Source: Haliotis cracherodii
Taxonomy: Eukaryota
NCBI RefSeq assembly: GCF_022045235.1
Contig: NW_027266341.1
Location: 33,356,001 to 33,420,000, forward strand
DNA: 64,000 nucleotides
Direction: 5' to 3'
Part shown: one piece after another, positions 51,923 to 64,000 of the stretch
How positions within the stretch are numbered: the stretch's first letter is position 1
How the letters are laid out: each line of letters begins with the position of its first letter
Notes under the pieces: model-generated
What the model was told of the DNA's origin: nothing
Database searches by the model: none
What the model saw: the letters and a program-made list of their open reading frames with translations, nothing else
Program-made: the position numbers and the translations under genes

Positions 51923-52259
51923 GTATGTTATTCACACTGCGGAGTTGCAGCCCTTAGTTGTACAAGGATGTACTGGTCGTTGGTTGGATTCCCAGACACA
52001 TTCCATGATGATTCTGGGCCTGTAGATGCATGCTTGATGGATGTTTGACAAATTGGTGAAATCCAAAACACACAGAGTTGATTATATACAGACTGATGTG
52101 AGATTAAAAGGATTGGCAAGCACAGTACTGTTAAGCTTGAATTTAATTTGTTTTCAATAATAAAATGCATTTGTTGTATGGTTCTTCCTACTGAGGCTTT
52201 GTAGGCGAGTACATGGTTAATGATTGGTGTTTGAGCACATCTTGGCATGTGTGTTTCAG

Positions 52260-52417
52260 ATGAGTTCCAGAGGGCAGTGAGGGTATGTACGGGCTTCACG
52301 CTGGGCAAGGACGTTGTCAACACTGTGTTCCAGATCTTTGATTCCGACGGTGATGGTCACCTCAGCTCCCCGGAGTTCATCGCCATCATGAAGGACAGGT
52401 TACACCGAGGTTCCAGG
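52260..52417 (+). CDS. MICU3: MICU3-like exon with EF-hand 4: (D)EFQRAVRVCTGFTLGKDVVNTVFQIFDSDGDGHLSSPEFIAIMKDRLHRGSR
   Basis: tttcag| and |gtcagt, 158 bp, phase 1-0. Canonical EF loop DSDGDGHLSSPE plus the MICU2/3 signature IMKDRLHRG. Confidence 0.95.
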
Positions 52418-52934
52418 GTCAGTAGAGTCGGACCAGTAGCCACACCAGTAACCACACAACTAGTCACACCAGTAGCCACACAAAACATCACATCACACAG
52501 CGTCTTCTTGCTTGTTTCGGTAAACGTTGAAACAATGCATGCTCCAGCATAATTTTCAATCAATACTCAATGTTGTTGACACAATGTTGTGGTATGACTG
52601 AAATACTCTTCAAAATTTGGTAAAATCCATTCCTGGAATATAGATGTGATATTGCCATTAGAGTGGACAGCCCGAATAATTATGTACTGTAAATCTGAAA
52701 AGTTTTGCAAAAACAGCGGGTGACAAACATTCACAATAGTTTCATGACAGTTACCTCTTTGCAGACCAACGAAGACGTAAGGAGACATATTATATTAGTC
52801 ACTCCCACTCATTGTCAAACCAGCCAGTATATGATTGAATTAATATACCCTCACATCCGGTTTCCTTAATTACATATTGTCACACAATGTATAATCAAGA
52901 AAGTTCATTTACCTGCAAAATCTTGTCAAGTTAT

Positions 52935-53214
52935 GGGGCACGGATGGCCCCGTCGTCTTAGGTGCCACGATGCGCTGTCCAGAGTTCGCCCCTTTGGCAC
53001 GCCAGAAATCTATGATTTGTGGGTTCGAATCCTGGTTCGCCTCGATTATGTTTCTAGGTTTGTCAGCACCATACCCGTGCTCGTGGGTTTCACCGAAGTG
53101 GTAAACGTCTGAGACCTACATCACTTCTGGCTTTCCTCCCACATTAAGCTGACACTCTCTGTGATATAACTAGAATACTTTTAAAAGCGGTGTTAAACCC
53201 AACTCACTCACTTA
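52935..53214 (+). mobile_element. SINE family A copy
   Basis: Full head-to-tail match. Perfect 11-bp TSD cttgtcaagtt at 52922-52932 and 53215-53225. Confidence 0.88.
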
Positions 53215-53456
53215 CTTGTCAAGTTGCTAACATACCACTGACTAGTCAAGACATACACCGGCCATGAGTATTGTTACCACCAAACTCCTCCAACCTCCCT
53301 GCTAACTACGATAACACATGCATCTGTAGTTAAAGAATCACTGACACTGTCAACTTTACACCACACTGCTTCTTATGCTTACAAAAAGAAATAGCTTTGA
53401 TCTTTGGTAATCCTGTCAACAGGCTGTTGCAAACTGTCCAGATGTAGTGAAGGCTA

Positions 53457-53551
53457 CACAGGAACTTGTTATTGGTCAGTAAATAAAAATATATACCCCC
53501 CCCCCCCAGGGGTATATATTTTTATTTACTGACCAGTAACGAGTTCCTGTG
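53457..53551. repeat. 95-bp hairpin (about 42-bp arms, poly-C loop)
   Basis: cacaggaacttgttattggtcagtaaataaaaatatatacccc / ggggtatatatttttatttactgaccagtaacgagttcctgtg. Confidence 0.85.
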
Positions 53552-53711
53552 GAAAGCTATTGGTCACTCGCACTAATTTCATGGCACCAATGTTTCCAGA
53601 ATGACAGTAATTAGTTTGCCTGGCCTAGATGTGATCGTTTACAGAACACTTGGATACAGCTGGAATATTTATGACTGCTGCGTGACAGATGCACACGCGC
53701 TGTTTCATTGG

Positions 53712-54012
53712 GCCACTTCCGTGATCTCATGGATAGAGCGGAAGGTCGGTGGTTCGATCTCCTTGCTGCATCATTCCGATGGATGTTAAAAGATGGTACT
53801 TGTTGTTGCCCTGATTGGTACTTGGCATAAAGGGGCTAAAACAAGGACAGGTCGTCCCAGGGCTGTATACTATGTCTGAGTCAGGTATCCATGTTAAACT
53901 GCATCATATCTCAGCAGCCAGTTTGATGGTCCGTCTGGACTAGTACACACAGCCACACACATATCACTCTATCAATGAATGCAGTGTTAAACCCCATTCC
54001 ACCTCACCTCAT
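53712..54012 (+). mobile_element. SINE family D copy with Meta-domain-like central motif
   Basis: GGTTCGATCT B box, then gatgttaaaagatggtacttgttgttgccctg, which resembles the MetaSINE central domain as I recall it. Tail is aaaccccattccacctcacctc. Confidence 0.65.
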
Positions 54013-54093
54013 TTTGATGTGGTTTGCCAGTCGCATACTTGATTATTTAAAGGCAGCTATCGTAAAACTCATCCCTGTTTTTCTACTCGACAG

Positions 54094-54168
54094 TCTCATC
54101 TGATGCACACACAGGGGAACTGGGAAGCCTTCCGGCAGTGTATCCGCAATGAGATGAAGAGCAACTAG
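54094..54168 (+). CDS. MICU3: MICU3-like terminal coding exon: SHLMHTQGNWEAFRQCIRNEMKSN*
   Basis: Pyrimidine tract then gacag|, phase 0, TAG at 54166-54168. Encodes the C-terminal FxxCxxxE helix with the Cys that MICU proteins use for disulfide-linked dimers. Confidence 0.88.
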   Translation, partial: SHLMHTQGNWEAFRQCIRNEMKSN

Positions 54169-56136
54169 CTCCCACCTCCATCTCCATATATCTACAATGA
54201 GTGTCTGCACATCCACTTTCTCACAACTCTCCTCATGTCTGCATGTGATGAAGTGCAGGCATCTGCTCGTTTGTTTCAAGTGACAACTCCCACAGGTGAT
54301 GGAGGCTGTTCCTTAAACATGGCTCCTCTCTTAACAGTAAACATACAGGATAATATTGAAATGAAGGAATACAAACATTGCCGCCACCGAACTGGTCAAG
54401 ATAGTACAACTGGTTATTTGTTCAAAAGTCTGGAGTCATGTTTGGTGCCAGTTACCTCCCTTTACATGCAGCAAGGAGTCGTCTCCCTTGACTTTCGATG
54501 ATGAAATGATGGCATCTTCAAGAGAGACATACAAACAAAAGGAGGACAATGCTGTTTTTCTGACTGTGCCACACTTCACCTAATTATTAAACACAATAGC
54601 CAAAGTCTTCATGAGCTATTAAAAGTAGATCTTTCAAATATTAAATACTGCCAAAAATATCCCAGCCAACTAGAAGAGGTTACAATTTGTAATAAACCAG
54701 TAATGATTTATGATATTTTAGACACATTTGAATAGTAATGAAATATATACTACTCAAGTTTTCTTAGGGTTCTGATATATTTAATCTGTTTCAAATCTCA
54801 GGACAATAATGCCAGAATAGATTGCTTGTGTGGCGTTAGCAAATAATCTCTCCACAGACGACTATGTCAGTTGCTTACATGGCAATATGGAATACTATTC
54901 TCCATCAACCGCCATGTAACATCCCTATCAAAAGATGTGTTGTATATTTGACATCATGGACAGTCTGGTGATTCACTGGCCATCACAGTAACTCCCTGGC
55001 ACATCTTTTCTTGTATGGAATAATATTTCCAGCACAGATATGATACAATCTTTTGTGAATTAACCTTTTATAAAGATAGATGAGAATCTTCCAATAATTA
55101 TGCACAAATTTACTTAAATAACATGCACGTTTGTCATTTTTCCCAAGTCCTTCCATCATATCTTGAATGTTTTTTTCTCAAATTACTCTTGTTTCGCTTT
55201 AAGATCTGTTTGTTATCTTGTTGATGGGGTTACTCCACTCGTGCGGTAACCACTTAGGACACTGTGATACAGGGAGCAATCTGTGTACATACTGTTTGAG
55301 TGAGTGAAGGTGCCTGTCAGACTTTACAGTGATTCTGTTTGTTGAATGAATTTGTTATGTTATACAAATCAACATTTCATGATTGGATGGTTGATAACTG
55401 ACTTAAAGATTAGGAATCAGCTTCAGAATGGTGACAAAATTTGATACATCTTTCCCATCAATTTGTGATATAAAATATGCTTGCTTGACAATATTTGATC
55501 AGTGATGTACATATTATTTTTATATCTCAGTCAGGGGACACTTTATGGGTTGAAATTCAAATTTATTTAAGTGTTATCAAGCTATCCTTCATGATAGGTT
55601 TATGTGTTAACACAAGTACCTAATTGTACCACATGATGTCCCGTAATTGAGTGCTTGAAGGGGGCCTGTTTTCTTCCTGTTTGTATGTTGAGTGTGTGAA
55701 CTGTCCAAGTCCTGAGGATAAATGTTAACTTATAACATGTGTTCTGTTCTCCTCCTTGTGGAAAAACACAACATCAGAATGGCCAACTTGAATTCATCCT
55801 TGATTAATCATGTGTTATAGCCATCGTTTCAGCAGGTAGATATTCTTCATAATGACCCCACACGTGCAGCACCAGGGTTCCGTTCTGCATCATCACTTCT
55901 ATTTCTGACTTAACAAAGAATTTATTTGATTGAATGGGTGTTTTTAGTAGTGCCATTTGAATTGAGCTCAAGACGAGGCTATGGTAGTGATTAGGTCATC
56001 GGTGTTCATGATACCCTGGATTATCAAGGATGATTTAATGTGAATTTCTCCAGAAATGCACGAGCAATTAAGTTCATTCTGATGTTTTGTTTCTCTGCTA
56101 AGGAAAGCTTATTTTTGTACAGAAATTTTATGAAAT

Positions 56137-56170
56137 ATTAAACAAAATGATATCCTAGTGTTTGGTTATT
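56137..56170 (+). terminator. Probable poly(A) signal (ATTAAA) and downstream GT-rich element of MICU3, implying a ~2-kb 3'UTR
   Basis: ATTAAA at 56137-56142 followed by tagtgtttggttatt. The interval 54169-56170 is free of the repeats that fill the introns. Confidence 0.4.
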
Positions 56171-56940
56171 ATTCACTTTCACTCACTGGTCCAGACTTAA
56201 GCATTTGTTTGCTTGGCGGTGCTCAAGCCATATGAAAGCAGTGTGTACCGGTATATTATCAAGCCTGGACCAGACAATCTAGTGATTGACATCACAATCA
56301 TCAATCATCAATGTACAATTGGGAAACAATAACACATGATGGTGAGTGAGCCTGACCACCCTTATGGCAGCAGGAAATATTTAAATCATGTAGGACAAAC
56401 TTTGGTTGCTTGGGACTAATATTCTTACCTGAAATCCCCATTGATATAAAGTATGCATGGCTCATCTACTGTACTGACTCTACCACCTGTAGAACACAAG
56501 GTGACTAAAGTGTGGATACACTTTCAGAAACAAAACAACCCTGCAAACAGAATGGCCCTCTCCAAGTTCCTGAAACTGGAGGCCAAACAATTGATTGAAA
56601 GCTGCTTGAAATACAAAGGTGTAACTTAATTGTTATCATGGGTTTTGAGAAAATATGTGTAGTAGCACCTAGTTGTCGGGGTTGTTAACACACAACAAAC
56701 GGCTACAGGGTGTGAGCTGATGGCTGTTTATTCTCTCAGAAGAGAAAGGTGAATAAATACAGCCTGCAACAATGTATAAATAATAAGACATACTGCATAC
56801 AAGACATAGAACATTGACATTGTTATAATATACATAATGGCCTTACATCTAATGGACATTCAATTATATGCACTTAAAATAGCAAGAAACCAATGTTACT
56901 CATGTAGGAAGTAACCTGCACAATGATATATATATTATAT

Positions 56941-57956
56941 TTTATCATATAATGGGTAGGTTTCTCGGCAGGATAAAGCCAACGGATGAAAACGATATCC
57001 GTTGGGGTCATATGCGGATAGAGATGCAAATATCAAATGTCAAGTAGGGACTACTTTCACTGTTTATAAACAAACATGGCGTCGCCCTTGTCATTCGGCG
57101 ATCGAGTCAGAATTAACCATCGTGAATCTGGATAAACAACAGGGATAATTGCTATCATTATCAAAAGAACAGTCTAATATACTGAAAATCTGTGTCTAAC
57201 TGTAACGTAGCTAAGGCATTTTATAAGTTTTGGCAACTTTGGAGATATAAATTTCGAAGCAATTTGGCGAGGGCACGTGGCCTAGCCAAGCGGGATCAGT
57301 AGCCATATCTGTGCTTGTAGACCTCTGCGGCTTGAAACCTCCTCCACAAATTAAAATAGTTGGATTTGGCGGAAATATGTTTGAATTGTTACCTTGTTTC
57401 GTTTTATCGCTGTGTGTACATCTGACTACACTTCTTATCGTTATGACAGGACAGACCGACTTTCAACGTCTGACCGTGGCCGTGACGTCTCATAGACTAG
57501 GGTTAGAGTAGCTTCCCTTTGACAAAGGGCAGTTACTCTAGCGGACAGACCGATGGATTGCCGCGAAAGGCAATTAAAAACAATTGTTGTTTTGCGTATA
57601 TGTTGCTTCGCCACTGTATAAGAAACAGATTTCAGTTGGAACTATATTGGCTACTGTCACTGTCCGACTGACATATCACTTACCCTGTGACGTAATAAAT
57701 ATTAATGCGCGCATTCCAGGAAAACTCGCAATGTTTCGGTAATGTTTGTGAGTGAGGGAAAGCGATTTTGAAGCACAGAATTAAAGAATGACATTATATG
57801 ATAAAGAGGTTATCACGCTTGTGTGTTTGGGGATGGTAAATATCCTGTATTAGGAATAAACACTATGTATTTAGCTTGCCAAGGCTCGCTAAATACAATG
57901 TTTATTCCTAATGCAGGATATTTACCATCCCCAAACACACTCGCGTGATAACCTCT
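56941..57956 (+). mobile_element. 1016-bp non-autonomous DNA element, copy A (14-bp asymmetric inverted repeat plus ~150-bp terminal hairpin)
   Basis: tttatcatataatg (56941-56954) pairs with cattatatgataaa (57792-57805), followed by a hairpin at 57805-57956 centred on gcttgccaaggctcgc. Near-identical copies follow. Confidence 0.85.
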
Positions 57957-58087
57957 ATGTATCTATATATATGCTGACGACGAATATCTTTGTAATTATC
58001 ATGTAGTATTGTACTTGTCTAGTGTTATGACAGTAGACATGGTTTATGTTTAGTTTAAACTGATTATAGGGTTATAAGCAGATATAT

Positions 58088-59103
58088 AGAGGTTATCACG
58101 CTTGTGTGTTTGGGGATGGTAAATATCCTGCATTAGGAATAAACATTGTATTTAGCGAGCCTTGGCGAGCTAAATACATAGTGTTTATTCCTAATACAGG
58201 ATATTTACCATCCCCAAACACACAAGCGTGATAACCTCTTTATCATATAATGTCATTCTTTAATTCTGTGCTTCAAAATCGCTTTCCCTCACTCACAAAC
58301 ATTACCGAAACATTGCGAGTTTTCCTGGAATGCGCGCATTACTATTTATTACGTCACAGGGTAAGTGATATGTCAGTCGGACAGTGACAGTAGCCAATAT
58401 AGATCCAACTGAAATCTGTTTCTTATACAGTGGCGAAGCAACATATACGCAAAACAACAATTGTTTTTAATTGCCTTTCGCGGCAATCCATCGGTCTGTC
58501 CGCTAGAGTAACTGCCCTTTGTCAAAGGGAAGCTACTCTAACCCTAGTCTATGAGACGTCACGGCCACGGTCAGACGTTGAAAGTCGGTCTGTCCTGTCA
58601 TAACGATAAGAAGTGTAGTCAGATGTACACACAGCGACAAAACGAAACAAGGTAACAATTCAAACATATTTCCGCCAAATCCAACTATTTTAATTTGTGG
58701 AGGAGGTTTCAAGCCGCAGAGGTCTACAAGCACAGATATGGCTACTGATCCCGCTTGGCTAGGCCACGTGCCCTCGCCAAATTGCTTCGAAATTTATATC
58801 TCCAAAGTTGCCAAAACTTATAAAATGCCTTAGCTACGTTACAGTTAGACACAGATTTTCAGTATATTAGACTGTTCTTTTGATAATGATAGCAATCATC
58901 CCTGTTGTTTATCCAGATTCACGATGGTTAATTCTGACTCGATCGCCGAATGACAAGGGCGACGCCATGTTTGTTTATAAACAGTGAAAGTAGTCCCTAC
59001 TTGACCTTTGATATTTGCATCTCTATCCGCATATGACCCCAACGGATATCGTTTTTATCCGTTGGCTTTATCCTGCCGAGAAACCTACCCATTATATGAT
59101 AAA
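58088..59103 (-). mobile_element. Same element, copy B (inverted, tail-to-tail with A)
   Basis: Reverse complement of A with about nine substitutions counted by eye. Confidence 0.85.
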
Positions 59104-59577
59104 TACATTTATACATTCATGAATAACACATAAACAATACATACCAGATTGGTGAAACTGTGCCGTTTTACCAAGGCTTCGAAGATTGTACCAGTTAATC
59201 TGCATTGACAAAGTATAAACTAATGCAGATACTATTTACACTATAATTATACACAACACATAAGTAAAATAGGTATTTAAAATAAGGATTGATCAAATTA
59301 CTTAAATAATGCACTTTCACACATACGCATACATTCTTATGCACAATTAACACTATGTATTTAGCTTGCCAAGGCTCGCTAAATACAATGTTTATTCCTA
59401 ATGCAGGATATTTACCATCCCCAAACACACTCGCGTGATAACCTCTATGTATCTATATATATGCTGACGACGAATATCTTTGTAATTATCATGTAGTATT
59501 GTACTTGTCTAGTGTTATGACAGTAGACATGGTTTATGTTTAGTTTAAACTGATTATAGGGTTATAAGCAGATATAT

Positions 59578-60593
59578 AGAGGTTATCACGCTTGTGTGTT
59601 TGGGGATGGTAAATATCCTGCATTAGGAATAAACATTGTATTTAGCGAGCCTTGGCGAGCTAAATACATAGTGTTTATTCCTAATACAGGATATTTACCA
59701 TCCCCAAACACACAAGCGTGATAACCTCTTTATCATATAATGTCATTCTTTAATTCTGTGCTTCAAAATCGCTTTCCCTCACTCACAAACATTACCGAAA
59801 CATTGCGAGTTTTCCTGGAATGCGCGCATTAATATTTATTACGTCACAGGGTAAGTGATATGTCAGTCGGACAGTGACAGTAGCCAATATAGATCCAACT
59901 GAAATCTGTTTCTTATACAGTGGCGAAGCAACATATACGCAAAACAACAATTGTTTTTAATTGCCTTTCGCGGCAATCCATCGGTCTGTCCGCTAGAGTA
60001 ACTGCCCTTTGTCAAAGGGAAGCTACTCTAACCCTAGTCTATGAGACGTCACGGCCACGGTCAGACGTTGAAAGTCGGTCTGTCCTGTCATAACGATAAG
60101 AAGTGTAGTCAGATGTACACACAGCGACAAAACGAAACAAGGTAACAATTCAAACATATTTCCGCCAAATCCAACTATTTTAATTTGTGGAGGAGGTTTC
60201 AAGCCGCAGAGGTCTACAAGCACAGATATGGCTACTGATCCCGCTTGGCTAGGCCACGTGCCCTCGCCAAATTGCTTCGAAATTTATATCTCCAAAGTTG
60301 CCAAAACTTATAAAATGCCTTAGCTACGTTACAGTTAGACACAGATTTTCAGTATATTAGACTGTTCTTTTGATAATGATAGCAATCATCCCTGTTGTTT
60401 ATCCAGATTCACGATGGTTAATTCTGACTCGATCGCCGAATGACAAGGGCGACGCCATGTTTGTTTATAAACAGTGAAAGTAGTCCCTACTTGACCTTTG
60501 ATATTTGCATCTCTATCCGCATATGACCCCAACGGATATCGTTTTTATCCGTTGGCTTTATCCTGCCGAGAAACCTACCCATTATATGATAAA
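59578..60593 (-). mobile_element. Same element, copy C (inside the 1490-bp tandem duplication)
   Basis: Direct repeat of B at +1490 together with B's flanks. Confidence 0.85.
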
Positions 60594-60895
60594 TACATTT
60601 ATACATTCATGAATAACACATAAACAATACATACCAGATTGGTGAAACTGTGCCGTTTTACCAAGGCTTCGAAGATTGTACCAGTTAATCTGCATTGACA
60701 AAGTATAAACTAATGCAGATACTATTTACACTATAATTATACACAACACATAAGTAAAATAGGTATTTAAAATAAGGATTGATCAAATTACTTAAATAAT
60801 GCACTTTCACACATACGCATACATTCTTATGCACAATTAACACGATTACCTCAATGTGATATGAGGTATAGAATTACTACAGTTTATTTAGGGTT

Positions 60896-61088
60896 TAGTT
60901 TTATTTAGTTAATGTTTAAGTTAAGCTGATAATAGACTAGGATAAATTAGCTATTTATCAATTAAAGAAACTGCTTTATAATACTTTATCATAGTTTTAT
61001 TTAGTTAATGTTTAAGTTAAGCTGATAATAGCCTAGGATAAATTAGCTATTTATCAATTAAAGAAACTGTTTATAATACTTTATCATA
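60896..61088. repeat. 96-bp AT-rich tandem duplication
   Basis: tagttttatttagttaatgtttaagttaagctgataatag at 60896 and 60992. Confidence 0.9.
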
Positions 61089-62199
61089 TAAAATAATCGT
61101 AACCAGAATACACTGAACTGTAGATTCAATACACAACCTGATTAGCAATAAACCAAGCACAACTTATTTCTAACTTTAAGAATTAGAAATACACAAATAC
61201 ATATAAAGTATAACAGAAGAAATATACTACGACTAACCTTCAAGTCCATGAAATAATCACATCCATGAATACAAGACAAGATCCATTCAAAATATATACA
61301 AAATGACTATGAAGTACATATGTCAAGTGTGATCTGGCAACTGCCCAGATCACAAGCAAACAAAGGTATACCTGTGGTCGGCTGTGAGTGACCACAGAGA
61401 ACAATAGAGTACTCTATGCGCGGGGTGGGATACTAAGTGCTGTGGGTGAAAAGCATGCAGTGGTATGGTTAGTCAAGGCTGGATAAATAATAGACTGAAT
61501 GAAACAGATAAGCTATGGTATTAATGTTTAAGTTGAAATACAATTATATGGCAAAAGTAAGACATAGTAAATAAACTATGTACTTAATTCAAATATGAAA
61601 TAGAATGTGTATAAAACTATAGCTAAAATAGAATTAAAACCGAACTTGTATGTAGAAAATATTACTCTGCCACATATGCAGTATTGTGAAGGGACAAGTT
61701 CCATCAGTTTATTATAACATAATTATGCAAAATAGATACCTATACTTTATCGGAACGTACTGAAAATGTCCACACCCATGAAACATGGGTTAAGCAGGTA
61801 GGCTCAAGAAGTCAAAACGACTGACAAATCACATGGTGTGTACACTTCTTGTCAAGCTGAGAGTACTATAATACCAGCATAACTCCGGACTGGTACAATC
61901 AGCTACACAAACACGAGTATACAGTGAAATAATCTTGCGAAGTAGATAAAAAAAATCAAAGCCAGTCCGCTGAAACAGGTCTCACTGTGCATAAAAGTAA
62001 AGAAATATGGGTGAAAATTATATGAATGGATCAGTGATGACACAGGTGCTAGCCAAAAGGGTAATTCTGCCCCGATTTGACCTGATCTGGCGAATAAACA
62101 TTTCCAATTAATGTGAGCCTACACATCCTAGATGAAAGAGTTACTGAAACAGACATAAAATATTTACGCATGTTCCACCACCACCCACACTAACAGAGC

Positions 62200-62648
62200 C
62201 GTGATACCACACAGCGACGTGCATGTGTGTGTGTGTGTGTCAGCGCGCTTGTCCTCCCAGCCCGGACTATTGCCGGTTCGTAGTGCCAGCCCACTTGGAT
62301 GTCCTGCGGCAGTTTAACATGGTTACCCCACTCAGCCACACATACTGATTCCAAGCTGACCAGTACTTGTTCGTCATTTGTGATAGGCGGATCCAGGCGG
62401 GGTCCAGGGAGTCTGGATCCTTGCCCCGCCCATTATGAAAATCAAATGTAGTATGTTGTCCAGTAAAATTATCTGAGAAAGGATTTTGATATTTGAACCC
62501 CTCCCTTTAAAAAATGCTGGATCCGTCCTTGTTCGTTAATGCCGAGCGGCAGTGGGTACAGAAAGTACCATCTGTTAACATGTTTTGGTATGCAACGGGG
62601 GTTCGAACCACCGACCTTCCAGGCAGACGATCTATCCACTAGACCTCA
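62200..62648 (-). mobile_element. SINE family D copy interrupted by a MITE
   Basis: Minus strand: ggtctagtggatag..ggttcgaacc..cataccaaaacatgttaacagatggtac...gtgggctggcacta..(CA)n. Confidence 0.7.
62385..62529. mobile_element. MITE with AGGCGGATCCAG / CTGGATCCGTCCT terminal inverted repeats (PIF/Harbinger-like)
   Basis: Imperfect TIRs; nested in the family D SINE. Confidence 0.6.
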
Positions 62649-63039
62649 GTATAAAATATGAATCGTCATATAAATATCAAGATAGGTGTACCCATTGCAA
62701 TTGGGACACGATGATGCATAAATTAAGTCCTAAATAATAAAAAAATAATTGTGAATTACTTGCTGTCGAGTCTTAACATATACAGAAAGAAAAATGTTAA
62801 GCACCTCTGGAAATAATTAATACTGATATATTCCCATTCAAAACAACTGCAAATTTCTTGATGAATTTGTCAAGAATGACGTTCAATCAAAATGCAAGGA
62901 CAGTACAATGGCACCTGTGAAGTCACATCGCACCAGATGCACGTGCAGCATGCCACCCATGCATCTTTTTCAAAATGTATCTGTTCAATGCAATTTTGGG
63001 TCGTCATTGACTTGAACTGTTGAAATATCATCAATGAAC

Positions 63040-64000
63040 ATGGCTTGGAGGTTATCAGAGGCGCTAAGATGGCGTATTTTGGGTATGCGTTCGACAGGCA
63101 TGACCTACAACAGCATAGGACGTCAACTGGGTTATTTCACCGTATAATCAGCAGACCGGCAGACCAATGCTGTACAGGATCTCCCACGGTCAGGAGGTCC
63201 TCGCATGATGTCAAGGCGTGGGGACATGGCCCTGCTTCGGCTTGTATGTCGTCAACCATTTGCAGCATCTCCTGTTCTGAAGCGCCTATGGTTACCCTAT
63301 AGACTGATGTCAACCAGAACTTGGAAGAAACGACTGAAATCGGTGGGAATGAAGTCCATGAGGGTAATCAAGGGTCCCTTCCTTTCGGTCATCGTCGGGG
63401 AGTTCGTTCAGCATGGCGTTTGGCCCGGAGACCTTGTATGGTTGGTTGTTGTTTGTTGTTTAACGCCGCACTCAGCATTATTCATGCTATATGACGGCGG
63501 TCTGAATCAAATCTGGACCAGACAATCCAGTGGTTGATGCCATGACCATCGATCCTAGCATTTGGGAAACGATGACATGCATCAACCAAGTCAGTGAGCT
63601 CGACGACCCGATCCCGTTAGTCGCCTCTGACGACGAGAAAGTCGCCTTGCATGGGTTGCTGAAGACCTATTCTACCCGGATCTTAAAGGGACGGAGAGCT
63701 TGGAATCTGAGGACTAGGCGAAGAGTCCACTGGTCCTATAAGTGCACGTTCCTGCTCCATGTCACGGAAGGCCGATGGGGGATTTAGAGGCATACAAATA
63801 TGGCCTACACACCAAGGAACATTAGACCTACGACGTCGTATGGTGGAGGTTCGGTAATGGTTTGGGGTTGTCTGTCACATGATTGTAAGCTGGATCTTGT
63901 CACAACCAGGGAAACCTCCATTCCCCTAACGTCCTGCAACCAGTTGTTGTGCCGCATTGCGACAACCATCCACTCACCACCCGACCTGTGTACATGGATG
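63040..64000 (+). pseudogene. Decayed Tc1-family DDE transposase (continues beyond the window)
   Basis: Successive fragments: MAWRLSEALRWRILGM..GMTYNSIGRQLG (HTH), DLPRSGGPR, second HTH (MSTRTWKKRLKSVG), VHWSYKCTF (decayed V.FSDES.F), GGGSVMVWGC, and VLQPVVVPH...YMD. Frameshifts, stops, a deletion and a SINE insertion disrupt it. Confidence 0.88.
63437..63691 (-). mobile_element. SINE-like family C copy inserted into the Tc1 transposase
   Basis: 11-bp TSD cggaga(c/g)cttg at 63426-63436 and 63692-63702. Confidence 0.88.

Larger units (their letters stand above)
57859..60843. repeat. 1490-bp tandem duplication with AACAC junction microhomology
   Basis: 57859-59348 is repeated as 59349-60838. 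Identical ORFs in the track at 58533 and 60023 confirm the offset. Confidence 0.9.

Noticed and set aside
57311-57511. 66-aa ORF present three times
   Set aside because: GTG start, no recognisable motif; recurs only because the element is triplicated.

Overview
Eukaryotic, intron-rich, repeat-dense genomic DNA from an invertebrate. The repeat complement suggests a mollusc, possibly an abalone-like gastropod; this is inference. The only clear host gene is the 3' half of a + strand mitochondrial calcium uptake regulator (MICU3/MICU2-3 type EF-hand protein). Seven phase-compatible GT-AG coding exons run from 33938 to the stop at 54168, with a probable poly(A) signal near 56137. I could not find the upstream exons in the window, so 1-33937 is probably one long intron. 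One strong and one weak extra in-frame exon candidate sit right after EF-hand 1, flanked by clustered UGCAUG motifs. About 19 kb of the window is minisatellite (16 arrays with units of 21-92 bp, some with higher-order structure). Four SINE-like families have different heads but a related 3' tail; one has no tRNA head and a predicted pseudoknot. There are also several MITEs and hairpins and a decayed Tc1 transposase at the right end. The most unusual structure is at 56941-60843: two ~99% identical 1016-bp hairpin-terminated elements face tail-to-tail as a ~2.16-kb palindrome, followed by a 1490-bp tandem duplication that breaks inside the hairpin. A miniature flip/flop hairpin pair at 18471-18650 has a similar geometry.
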